From assembly GCA_977016875.1 (NCBI GenBank), contig CDRNST010000031.1, forward strand, positions 186,001 to 250,000: DNA of 64,000 bases. The letters run 5' to 3'. The position numbers and the translations under genes were made by a program. Below are positions 1-12,374 of the stretch, piece after piece. The notes below the pieces were generated by a model. That model did not search any database. It was not told the origin of the DNA and was given only the letters and a program-made list of their open reading frames with translations. Position 1 is the first letter of the stretch, and every line of letters starts with the position of its first letter. The stretch is from Pavona decussata. Its lineage: Eukaryota.

Positions 1-3000
1 ACTGCTTCACGTTGTCTTCTGGGGACTTCTCCGGTTCGTCGCTAAATAGTGTTTGTATCTACAGAAAGGAACTGGCGTTAGTTTTGAATTTCTAATAGGA
101 ATTATTTGACTCTCTACATTGTGGGATAAGAACTAAAATTGAAGGTAAGTGCAAATCGATCATAAAAGCACTGAATAATACTTTACTACAAGCGACAGTT
201 CATTCTTTTTTCATGTTTCTATTTTGTTCGCTCGCAACTAATGATTCATGAGCAAATGACTGTTTTCATTCAATAGAGTTTTGTAAAGTTTGCCGCGTTA
301 TGTTAGCTAAACTGGACTTAAATTCGATATTAAACATGTTAATTTCATCTAAAGTTGCCGTGAACAGGATCCTCACTGCTTTCAGCGCAAAATGTAAATG
401 CTCATATAACTTCGCGACCAACTAAAAAATTTAATATATGGCTTAAGAATCTTGAGAACTCGTGAGAACGTCATGTACGGTAAATAACGGGACCCTCTTT
501 CGTTTGTTTCTGTTGTTTACAGACAAATTTTGTATTTGACTGTATTGTGACAGTGCCGGATCACCAAATGGAATGCTTTCATGACCACTTGACTAAAAAT
601 GGATTACTTGCCTCGCAGTCAACAGAGCTCTAAGCCTACTACAAACTGAAACCGCTCATATAGTTACAGACTTACAGTTAGGTACGGTGAAACAGGCTTA
701 AAACGCAGCTAAAAGCTCGGGATTTTATTAACTTTACCACGACATAGACTAATATAATTTATTTTACGTGCACGGCTTGGAATTCATCAAAATTTGCTGG
801 CGCAAAATCAGTACATTGGCGGATCAAATTTTTGTGGGTAAAATACACAAATTTGACGATAATTGTCTCGTTTAGATCAAAACCTTAAAAGGTCCTAGTC
901 TTATTGCACACGCAAAAATACAAGATTTTTATTGTAAAATACACCTACAATAACAATTATTTTCTTCCTTCGTGTGGTCATTGAGTAATACCGATACGTT
1001 CGCGTGTCTGTAGCCTGACAAGCTAGGATAATTTTGGTGTTTAACGTTACCTTTCTCTTTGGCAAACTAAAGCCTTAAAAGATGGGTGAAAACGAAGAAA
1101 ATTTCAACCTACGCTAACAAACAATTCAAGTCATTAAGGTACCAGAGATCTGTGTTTATATCTCAGGGTACATATCATATCTCTGCAGCACTTTCGTCGT
1201 TTATAATCAGATGCTACTGATATGCAGCCGGTATGGCTTCGTCCCAATTTCGTAAAATTATCAAGTAAATGGTTTTCGGATATCACCAGAGCGGTGCCAT
1301 GAAAAAACACCTTTCCTGTAGTTCCAAAAAGAACGACAGCTTCCTTTTAAAAGCATAATAAGAAGAAATACTTTTCTCAACATTTTTGCTTCGCTAAAAA
1401 TTTTACTTTTGTATATCCAAGTCGCGTTACACTCGCGAGTGTTCTAAGGTTTCATAGTTATTGCTAACAATCATTGAATTTCTTGATTATATCTGGTGAT
1501 AAACACTTTGGACATCTGTTTCGACTTCCGACGTTAATGGTTTTATAATTTGATAGATCACCTCCGTCGGCCTGATTTTCTTGTTTTAATTTTTGAATGA
1601 ATTTCTTCCATGCAGTTAAACTGACAACTTAATTATTGCCCGGGGGTATGCCGCCTTCTACGTTACAATAATTTTTATATTCCTGCATAACTTTAATCAT
1701 TACTGTAGCCTTCTATGCCTGCTTTTCGCGAAAGGAGGAGCGCTGACAATGGAAGAACAAGAACCGCCTGATCATATCTGACCGTTGCTAAAGATGCGTA
1801 TTCTTGACGCTAAAGCTCTGTCCTTTTCCACAAGTCAGAGTAGACTATTAGCAATCCCTTATTTTTCTAAGGGATAGTAAAGCAAACCGATCCACGCGAG
1901 CCCTAGTGATAATTGCCTCCCAAGAGCCGGGACGCACGGTTAGTACAGAGATTTTTCTGCAATCAGCCTATTCACAGATCTTCTATTTTCTTAGAATTTT
2001 GAGGAGCGAGCAAGGGCGAAATAAAAACCGTGGGAGAATTAATGTATGTACGACGGCGGATGCAGACTCGCCCACTCTCTCAGGACAACGTTGACAACCA
2101 GAGATACTAGATCCAGCTTAGTGTGCCAGGGCTCCTGTGAAGGTTTTCTGCTGCTCCCGCGTTCCTTCCCGCTTCCCAGATTTTTCCTTGAAAAAAGATC
2201 TCGCTACTTTTGGTTCCTTCTCCGTTGTCTGTCCACAGGTCACTTAAGTCCCGCCTCCCTTGGGGCCTCCCTCTTAATGCATAACTGTCCTGCGTTTTCG
2301 TACAAAGACTGTTTTCACTTGCGAGATAAACATAAGCCGAAAAGGAATATTTACACTTCGTGATGACCGCAAGCGCATAGCAAAATGAAAGTTCTTCATC
2401 GTGGCTTGGTTTTGAGGATGAAGTTTCAGGTGGGCTTTTAATCTCACACTGATAACACCCTTATTCTATGCGTGATAAACAGGCTAATTGCCAGTGGAAT
2501 CCAGTAGATAATCAGAACTGGAGTTGGTTTCTGTCGTCCCAATAGCACATAAATAAATTGTACTTGAAGGTTCTTTTGTCCGATCTCTCGTGAGTAAATG
2601 AACAAAAGTGATAACAAGTTAAGCGTAACAACAAAAAGGTCAAATCTATTAGACGATCGCTAGTACAGCTAGTCTTATTCATAACCAGGACTAATATCGG
2701 CTGCCATAGACACTTTAAGGACTGTGGCTCCCTTTACTACTGTGCATGCGTTCTGCGCATCTCGGGATGGTCCGCGAAACTCGGTGCCTACCAATTCAAT
2801 TCAATTCAATCCAATAAAATAGAAGGTATTTTTGCGCGGTTCACGACTATGTTGGAAAAATCTTAAAAGAAAATGGAGGCATAACTACGCATGTTCAAAG
2901 AAAATTAAGCTCCAATTTGAACAAACATGTCATACATTCATATATATATTAAGGCTTTCTGGAATAATTGTTGCTTAATTATGTCTCGAATATTCAGAAA

Positions 3001-3224
3001 GCTGCAGATGGTCACGCTAGGAGCATGCAAGCAGTGCACGCGGTCCGGTTTTATAGATATTTAACCTGAGACAGCTAAAATAGTTTAATTTTAAAGTGGT
3101 TTTCTCTGGTGAAATAGGTCACTGACTGCTTCTCGTTCGCCACAGCTATTAATACCGATAATCACTTACCCTTGGACTTTTAAGAGTAGCTTATGCAGCT
3201 TATCTCCGAGCATTTATCCACCCA

Positions 3225-3526
3225 ACCATGAGAGTATACACAAAGACAAGACCACAAAACCAGGAACTACGTCCCTTACTCTTTGCGAACAGTGAGTGGG
3301 TCCTTTAACTTCCCACAGAGTTATTTACAAACGAGGGTTGTGAGACGGGATCTATGGTTTATCGTCCTTATCCGAGAAGACTAGAAAGTCTAACCATTTG
3401 CAGATGTCAGAGCAAAGGCAGCACATTCTCCTCAGTTATTTAAAGACCTTGAGTGGTGGTCCGGCCGCGGTTTGAACCCGCGACCTCCCGCACGGTAGTC
3501 CGGTACTCTACCAACTGAACTAACCG
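3225..3526 (-). mobile_element. tRNA-derived SINE
   Basis: The minus strand begins CGGTTAGTTCAGTTGGTAGAG (A box) and continues to GGTTCAAACC (B box), followed by about 230 bp of non-tRNA body. No complete cloverleaf or acceptor stem. The 3' boundary is approximate. Confidence 0.85.
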
Positions 3527-3895
3527 ATCTTCGGTTATAGCCAGGGCTGAGCTCTGTTTGCTGGGTCACGAATGAATCTGAAACCGTTATTATGCCATAT
3601 TATGGCCACGCGAGTGGCCGTTTATTCAAAAAGAACTAAATCAAATTACATAAATTCTCGAAAAACCCTTATCTACTTCTAGCCAAGGTGAGGGCAAAAC
3701 CACCTCAAAGAAACTAGGCCTATTTGTCCCCGCAGTCTATCTAACTGTTATGGGAGAGGCTCGGTTGGGAAAAAAAACCTTTACTGTACCGAAAAAGAAA
3801 AAGAGGACCTTAGTTTGCCGCGTATACATGGTTACCATGGGATCATGTTTACTTTGCGTGTAAGGTTAAGCAGTAATGATTATCTTTATTCCAGG

Positions 3896-6800
3896 ATGGG
3901 CACATGGATTGCCAAACTTGCGGGCCACGAAGATGACGCAGAGAAAGTGCTCAAAGACCCACATTCCATTGTGGCCTACGTCCTTGTGTTTGGTTTGGCA
4001 TTTCTTGTTCTTCTACTGTTTGCTGCTATTTTTGTTGTGACCGCAATCAGAGTTTATAAGAAGTACAGGAAACAAGACAAAAATCTGAAGGTAAGAGCGA
4101 CAGATATATTGAGAGTGAATAAATGTCGAATTTGCGTGGGTTGAGGGAGGGAGTTGCTGTATTTAGGCAGGATGGCCCAGTACTAACAGGTAATCAATCG
4201 TTTCAATCAACCGGTAATGGTTTTTCGTACAAACTCGCGTCCAATGTGTTTGTTAATCTTGCAAAATTTTCACCATTTTACCAGTTTCATAAACGTTAAA
4301 AATCGAAATTTTTGTTAACAAACACCTTGCAATCAAACCAGTTTTCTGGTGCGTTACAATCACACAAGGTAGACATTTCATCATAGGAGTTCTGTTCATT
4401 CGCACGCATTTAGAACCTACTTTTTCCAACTTCAGCTTTAAGACACAAACGTTAACTTCTTGTTGTTTTAAATGATTGTCAGCAGCAAGGAATGCCAACA
4501 AAGTAACGTTGACGAGTTTTGGTATTTCCTGTACTTGTTTTATTTTCCACAGACCACGCTGGACCTTCAAGTGGGAATGAAGGTTTTCAATAATCTCCGG
4601 CGTCGCATAAGTAGCGGTTACGGTTTGCAGAGAGAGGAGTTGCAGATGGTAGAGTTGACTACCACTCCTGGACCAGGTTTGTAAATTTAACAGATACTCA
4701 CATACTGTCCATTTTTTAGGGGCTCGCTGCATTCGCATAAACTCTCTAAAAGGGGTCATCAAATTATGTTTTTTGTTGGTAAAAGTTTCGCGGCGATAGT
4801 CGAAAGGTCATGTTAAGGACAAGAAAAGAACCCAAGACTTCCAGTCTAAAAGTATATACAAAGAATTTTCTCGTCAAATGCGTGATAGAACGTAAGCAAA
4901 ACATTTTCGGCTGGAATGGGGTGTAGCCCTTCTCTTCATTTCTGTTATATCAGCAAAGATAGTACCTTCAGCTAAACTTTATAAAAATTTGTACCAAATT
5001 TACAAGGATTGGCATATATAACAGAGACTTTTGATCATTTCCGGCGACCAATGTCTCCCAAAGATTATCCCAGTATCTTGGACTATTTTCGATTTCCCTC
5101 AAACGCCTGCACTTTAAAGCTCATAAAATTTTGAGAACGTTCAAAACAAGGTCCCAGTAGTAAAACTCACTCTACCAGAGTAGCACTGTTAAAAAAGAAA
5201 ATGTCGCTCTTTTTCTTCCTTTAATTGCTCAATGTAATGATCTGATCAAATCGTTCTCCCCTGAATTTTCTAGCTTCACAAGTACTCCGATCTTCAAAGC
5301 TGGGAATCAAGCTTGCAGGCGGTGAAGGATCCAACCATCTTCCTGGTGATCCAGGGATATTTATAGTGAATGTCAGGCCCGGAGGTTTAGCCGATGGAAA
5401 ACTTTACCCTGGAGATAGAATAGTAGCGGTTTGTAAAATTATTTCTAGCAAACCTGTTTTTAGTCATTTCCATCTTAGACAATTTCATTGAGATTTGATA
5501 TCAAGCTCTTGAATTTCCTGCAGATTAATAATTTTCAAATGAGTAAGGTCTCTCTGAAGTATGCCAAGGAGGTGATGCAAGCTCTGAAACAAGCAGAAGG
5601 GCATCTAACGTTTTACATAAAGAGAGCTCCACTAAGAGAGGTAATTGAAGTAAAAAGTAAAGGTTCCAACAGATCACTGAGTGTCCGCCTTGACTTTTAA
5701 CTTCCAAAGTTCTCCTTAACTTTATAATTACAGAGCAAAACAGGCTGAGCAGAATTGGATTCGCTCTGACAAACGGTTAACGCTCGATACACCAGCACTC
5801 GCATCTCTTTACGGCGATGCATCACCACTAACAGTACAAAAACTCCCTTATCTAGAAATTAAAATAAGCCTGGTACAGAAGCTTGGGTGAACTGGGAAGT
5901 TCTGAAAAGGGAATTATTTTAGACCTTTGTACGGTTTAAGCATTTCACTTCGTGTGATTTGATTACACTCAGGCCCCGCCGCCCCGGGTCATTGAACGAG
6001 GCGAGAAAAGCTAATTGAACGTAAACAAAATATTAACAAAATGGAGGCCACTTTGGAATAACGTTTACAGGAGGGACATAACTAGGAACTTAACATATTC
6101 GTCTGCTCGAATTGCATTCAATTGCCTTAAAGATGTGAAAATGTCTGGTATCTTTTAGCAAAGAGTAAATGAAGCATTTTCATTGTACTGCGATGACGTA
6201 GACACAGGAAAGAAGGAAGTAGTGTTCAGTAAAGAACACATGGAAGGTATGTAAACGATTACCGTAAAATTACAAAAAGTACAGCAAACTTAGGTACACG
6301 TTAATCTTATTTCTGTATGTGAGAAGTGCTTCACAACTGAGCAAGCAGTTCCCCTCATAAAAAGGAGTTGGGTTTTAATCACACCTAGTACAGAGGAATC
6401 TTATGCATAATCTCCAGTGCGAGTGATGAGATGATAGCTGAAAGTCTCTGATCCGCTAGTGTTATGATCCGCAAACCTTGAACGTTCGCTTCACAATCAT
6501 AGCATACAGTAGGCACATATGTACATAGGGACACTGATGGTTCATGTATAGCTGTCGATAGGTTTGATAGGCTTCAACTTTTAAGTTGAATTTAAAAATT
6601 CAGATGTGGAGCTAGCTTTATTGAACACTAGGAACTGTTTTCTGAAGAGAGAAATGTAAACAATAGAGAGATTCAGTCGCATTTACTATAAACGGCAAAC
6701 ATCCATGAGATTCGCGTTGAACTCTATGTTTTCTTGAAAATTTGTGTATAAAGACGGAGAATAGTGTAAACTAATTCTGGGTTTTGATACTAACGCCAGC

Positions 6801-8874
6801 TGACCAGTCAATTTTTCTAAGAAACTGAAAACATCGCGGAGCGGCAAATGTAGAGTAAACGGTCACGACGCCGAAATTCTACTGTCTCTTTATTGTCTTT
6901 TTTGCAGTATTCGAAGAAGCGTTCTCGGTATTTGACGTCCGCGCCTCGGGCAAGATACCAATGAAGCAGTTTTTCCCGTTGCTTAGAACTTTGGGATACA
7001 ACATTCACAAAGAGGAGGCTTTTGACTACATGAATGAGCTGGAGTTAGCAGGTACTTGTCCAGTGGTATCATATATACTATATCATATATCATATTATAT
7101 ACTAATAACTCTTGAATAAATTAATATGCAGTTGATCAAGTTTATTTCAACTTGTCTTGATTTGTGCAAAAACTCATTATAACTCGTCACTGATGTAATT
7201 TTGTAAATAGTTTAGTTTTTGTGTTTTTGCAATACTGTATGTATTTACGGTATGCAAAACAGTACCCTTCAAAACAATTTGAAATGTATAGTAGTTCATC
7301 GTTGGTGGGCTAAAAGTTATTGTAGAAAGTTTTAGAAACTCTTGAATCATGTTTCGCTGAGTTTCTTTTTCTGAGTTCCTTTTTCTTGTCGAAAGTAATT
7401 TCGCGTTTGCTTTGGTTTTGCTTTACTAAATTATATGATTGGTTGGAAAAGTTCCCGCCGTTTTCTCAACCAATGGGAAGCCAAACCCAAACAATCGTGT
7501 TTAGTCGGGCGCGTTTTCCCGCACTTGACGCAGGTTACATGTATTTGCTTCGAGTTCTTATTGGCTGATTGTGCTGGCGGTTTACATCTGTTGTGATTGG
7601 CCAGGGAAATTGCTTCGGGTTTTGGTTTTACAACACTCAATTGAAAACCGTTCTACTGTTTTAGACAAAGCAAAATTCACCTTCAACGAGTTGATCAAGT
7701 TTCTGGAGCACGTGGTAGCAGAACAAGCAGGAAAGATTGAAGTCCAATGCGCGTATAACGTGTTCGATACAGAACAGAGAGGTCACGTGCGGGTGAGTGA
7801 CCTAGATGAGGCGCTAGAGAGAATGTACAAAAAGAAACTTGCCCCCGAGGAATTACAAGAATTACTGTCTCTGGCCGATCTGGACAATGACGGAATTATT
7901 AAGGAAGAAGGTGAGTAATGAGTTAACTGTCGGGCCACGTCGGCGCCTTTATGGCCGAGTGATGCAAAGCCCTGCTCAAACTAAGCCAACCCCCAAATCA
8001 GTGATTGCCGCTAGTAAACAAATTAATACAGCCAAAGAGCATTTCAGAACCAGTTTTTCAACTACTGCTTCCTTCCGCAACTTTGTTACTGAGCACATGT
8101 TTCACCTTTTGCAGAATCACTTTGACATATTCTACCCCTGTACCTGGTCAATTGTACGATCCTTCCCCTGCTATCCCTAGCTTTTTAGCGTCTTTTAAAT
8201 TTGGCGTCTTTTGGTTGATCGTGTTTTAATTATTACTTGTATCATGGGAGGTGCCTCGCATGGGTCCTCGCGTCCCGTTCGCACCTGCCCTTTTGACCTT
8301 ATCACTTTAAATCACTTTGCACATATTTTTCATTTCTTTCTGGCTGTTTAATTTACTGTATTTAACATGTGTGATTAAAAAAAAAAAAAGAACCAGAAGG
8401 GGCCAGAAATATCTATTTAATTATATGAATAACTCTTGTTTCAGTACTGAGACCTTGAGACAAGAGTTATTCGTACAATTATCACTTTAACATTCCAATG
8501 CTAAGAATAAGAATTCACAGTATTATTTTCTACTTGTTTTTTGTCGAAGTTGAATTTTTTCATTGCATTTGTAAGCAAAATAGACAAAGGGTGGGATAGC
8601 CCACTTTAGGTCTGATCCCCTAAAAGTAGAAGGAAGTTCTTTCAGCCTCCTTTTCGTTCAACTATTCACAAAAAAGGGACAAAAGAAAACTTTATTGTTC
8701 TGTAACAGGGCCAGCGGTCTCCTCCAAACCTGAATGATAAGCTTTCAGTGCTTATAACAAAAGGACTTATCTTTTCTCAGATTTTCTCAGAAATTGATGA
8801 TCTAGTATTCCCTTTTCTTTGCTTCTTGGTTAGATTTTGAAAGACTACTCCTTCCTTCATTGATGCTGTACTAG
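3896..8874 (+). CDS. Single-pass membrane protein with a PDZ domain and a C-terminal calmodulin-like (4 EF-hand) domain, 369 aa
   Basis: Exons 3896-4090, 4553-4676, 5274-5428, 5524-5640, 6159-6246, 6908-7051, 7665-7910, 8834-8874. All introns are GT-AG with consistent phases (0,1,0,0,1,1,1), giving 1110 nt open. TM segment IVAYVLVFGLAFLVLLLFAAIFVVTAI followed by YKKYRK. PDZ: KLGIKLAGGEGSNHLPGDPGIFIVNVRPGGLADGKLYPGDRIVAIN. CaM-like: FEEAFSVFDVRASGKI...LLRTLGYN, AYNVFDTEQRGHV, LADLDNDGIIKEEDF. Confidence 0.88.
5759..5815 (+). repeat. Degenerate copy of a minimal hammerhead-type (Penelope-associated) repeat, intronic
   Basis: ATTCGCTCTGACAAACGGTTAACGCTCGATACACCAGC resembles the CTGACGA-stem-CGAAAC hammerhead core layout, but both catalytic boxes are mutated. 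Confidence 0.5.
7385..7656. repeat. Dispersed ~270-bp repeat family (MITE-like)
   Basis: Motifs GATTGG, TTTTCCCGC(G/A)CTT and CAACACTCAA recur in related copies at about 10130-10230 (reverse), 21240-21560 and 46190-46430. Confidence 0.7.
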
Positions 8875-8879
8875 GCGCT

Positions 8880-9510
8880 CACAAATCTACAGGCAGCTGG
8901 TCTCGCTTTGTGTCTCACAACGCGAGTCCATGAGCAGCCGGTAAATACAGCCACATCTGCCTTCATCATCAGCATTGGTTGGAGCCTAAACACTCGTAGG
9001 TCATTGCCTAGCACTGGACAATGCATAGATGGAACTCTACCACTTGCTACGGTTACAGTGGCGAAAATCGTGAGCTTTGCTGAGATAGAATTTGCGCTTT
9101 GCCTTAATAATTAGCTGTGCAACTTTCGTGCTTCGCTGCTGATATTTTATTCGGTGCCCTTGAACGTAAGCTTTTTGCCTCTCACGTCATGATCTTGGAT
9201 TTAATACATGATGTCAGATCCACGGCTTGTTAGAAGGATGCATGCGGACAATTCTCAGTGGCATAGCGTCATCCAAGATATTGGTGCGAATAAGGTTAGT
9301 TCCGGATCCTTTCTCGTTCGGCGACCTCTGAGAGGTATACTTCCTCCCATTCCTCAAGATGAAGTGGACATTTTCTAATTCTTGTCTCATCACTCGGACT
9401 TTTCGGGGCACAGCGGCGATCCTTTGCCTGATTATGGATGTTAATATCAGACACGAGCGACCAATGAGCGAAAGATGCTAAACGTCTTTGTATAGCTCCG
9501 ATATATTGTT
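8880..9510 (-). mobile_element. Decayed non-LTR retrotransposon fragment (endonuclease-RT linker, CR1/L2-group-like)
   Basis: Minus-strand frames read MPLRIVRMHPSNKPWI...RQKAYVQGHRIKYQQRSTKVAQLIIKAKRKFY...SKW, the typical linker pattern (P-x-K...KPW...RQxA...AKxxY) of LINE ORF2, with stop codons in frame. Confidence 0.7.
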
Positions 9511-12374
9511 CCAAATTAAGTTATTATGTACATAGTGATGGTAATATTCATATAATTAGTTCTTTTAGAGCATTCAATTTTAACCTTTGAACGTATTTTT
9601 TAGTCTTTTATTATTAAGGAAATTGTAAAAAAAAAAACTATAATAGGCCCTTAACTTACAACCTCCTCGTAATGTGCGGGACACAGAAATTTAAGTAAGA
9701 AAATGAGCAAGCTATATTCAGCCCCCACGCAGACGCCCTTTGGGCTTGTCATGCATTCCTCCCTTGCGTGGGGGAGGAATGCAAGCTATTAGGAATAATG
9801 CAGGGACCAGTTGAAAGGATCGAACGTTCGAGAAGCTGTTCCTTGAGAGGAATTGAACTCCCATGTCTCAAATCACGAGAGGGTATTCAATTCTCATATT
9901 AATTTCAAGCGGCTACAATGAACTTTTAGAATTGAGAACAAATCGCTGAGGGACTTAAGATGGGTCGGACTGATCCTCCTTGGCTAGAGGCTTTGTAGTT
10001 TATATTGATATCTAAAGAAAATATATTTTGTGTAACTGTTTGTTAAATCCGCCACTTTGTAGATTTATAAGAAAAGAGTTTAGCATATTGCAAACAGCTG
10101 AATAGATGAGTTTACAACACAGCGTCATAAAACAGCCTGAACAAAAGCAAATAACAACACGATTAATTAACCACTCAAAAATCAAAGCCAACAATGAGTA
10201 AACGGCATCAAGCGCGGAAAAGCGAACTCGTGCGCAACTTAACAGCCGCGGTTTCAATGAGCAATCTTTTGCTTGCGCAAACGATGCTATTTTTCTAGTT
10301 GCGTCCTCAACACGAGAGAAAAATTGCACGTGTAGCCACTGTTGCGCATGTGCAGGTGATACGACAAACCCGCGCCTTGTCGCAAAAGGTAAACTCGTCA
10401 ACTTTATTTCTTGCTGTCGCACTTTACTTGCGAGGAATTGGCTTTACGTGCAACTTTTGCCTCGCGTTCGAAACGCAGCAATTTTTTAAAATATCTTGTC
10501 GCCTGTGCAAGCAAGAAAACTGCTCATGCAGCCCTATAGCCGCAACTTTCGACAGAGAATAAGGTGAAACCAAAGAAAACGTGGATTTCGATCTACACTC
10601 AAATGAAAAGCGCTCTAAAAATTAGAATATAAATTACTTTGGTTTGAGGTTTAACCAAGTTACATGAAAAAAATGTAAATTTAAACGTTTTGTAGGATGT
10701 TAATTTGCTAGCCTTGAAAATTGTAAGGACATATTTAGTTAAAAATTAAATCTGTTCTCTGGCTTAATGTTTTGTATTCCTTATTTAGACAAAATAAAAT
10801 TATGAAAGAAATTAAAAGATTACACTAAAAAGCACCATGATTATTCACTTGTATGTTACTCAGTAACCGACACAAAAGCAAATATGTTTTATCGAAGCTG
10901 AAGTTTAGCACAAAACCCCGATATTGCGATACATGTCCGTTCCTATTCATAGAGCTTTTATAAATTTCTTCGTAAATATTTCTTCATTATATAATCCAGT
11001 GGGCTGACAGTGCGTTTAAATTCTCTAAAATAGCGCGCAGGGTTGGTGCGCATAGTATCACATATAATTTGGCCGGCTTTAACTTAACAAATTGTAGGAT
11101 GCCAAACTTCGGACTACACTAAAAGACGTTCAAACAAGACCATAACTGAAATTTACAACTTTTCTGTTACAGACGTTGTTTGCATATAAAGATTTGTGAA
11201 GCATGGGCCGGGCCAGGCTGGCGCAATTCTTAAAACCACCCGGAGAATTTGACAACTACAATGACAGGACATACAGCCCGGGTGTCGGGGAAGGGGATAC
11301 TCCCTTAGTTTTAAATTCATACTACGTAGGGATTTGCCGCCTCAAGGGAAGTCGCTTATAAGCTGATCACGTGACCTGTGACGTGATCAAGGCAAAAGAA
11401 GACACCAAATTTTACAGGCAGGAAAAATTTTTATGCTGTATCGAGGATCATTTATATTTTCCAAATAAACTTCAAACGCATGCAGTCTTTAAACTGCTTG
11501 AAATTATTTAGATATTTGAAGAAACCTGGCCGTGAATTAAATTCAGGAATAAAATGTTCACAAACGGGGCGGACTTCTACGGACAAAACACCCACAAATT
11601 TTGTCGATTATCTGACATTTTAAATGCTCTTCGAACTAAAATGAGACAGCGTAACAATTGAGGGGGAAAACAAATAGACATCTCGACTCATTCTGTGTGG
11701 CAACCTTCCGTTATTTGTCTCGGAAAAATACCCCAAATTATTCGTTCACAATTTGAATTCAATTGTATTTTGTCTTCTGTTAATTTGATGTCTCTTTGAA
11801 GTTTACTGTCGCGTCAATCAATTTTAACTACTTCTCGCTAAATCCTTTGTAACCAACTAAAGTAATTGTTTCTTTTAATAAGCAAGTCCTTCAATAGAAG
11901 AATTTTTAACCAATAAAGTTTCACTTGAGTTCCACCTGCCGTGTATATATGAAAGGAAACTTAAAAAGACCAGTAAATTGCAAAATGAACTGCGTTGCGT
12001 TTGGACAACCGCAAATTATAGATTGGTGAGGTTGCTCTTTCATGAATGCCGAAAACAAATATTGTTAGATAACCTATTCTACCTAGAGTTTATGGCAATT
12101 GTCCATGAAAATAAGTGGGAGTTTCAATTTCTGGCTGTGATGTGTTTAAGGTGTCGAAAATTGCCAGGCAGGTGAACTTGAAATGTGAGTGTATAAATCT
12201 ACTGAGTCGGCACTCAATGATCTTCAAAGCCGGCCGAAGCCATAACCTCTGAGCCGTGAGTAAATAAATTCAGTGACATTATTTAAGTAACAAGGCCTGA
12301 CAAGGATGTGAGTCAGCTAGAGGCTGTTGAAAACCTGTCGTTTTGAATTGCTGTATTAATACGTTCTCAAGAAA

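Noticed and set aside
2385-2429. ATG-containing upstream exon (MKVLHRGLVLRMKFQ|gt) for the TM-PDZ gene
   Set aside because: It ends in phase 0, but the acceptor at 3895 needs phase 2; at most a 5'UTR exon or uORF. The donor at 145 may likewise be UTR.
3450-3526. Possible tRNA gene
   Set aside because: It has A and B boxes but no proper acceptor stem and runs into a SINE body.
4253-4762. 169-aa minus-strand ORF
   Set aside because: It overlaps an exon and introns of the plus-strand PDZ-EF gene and has no recognisable motifs.
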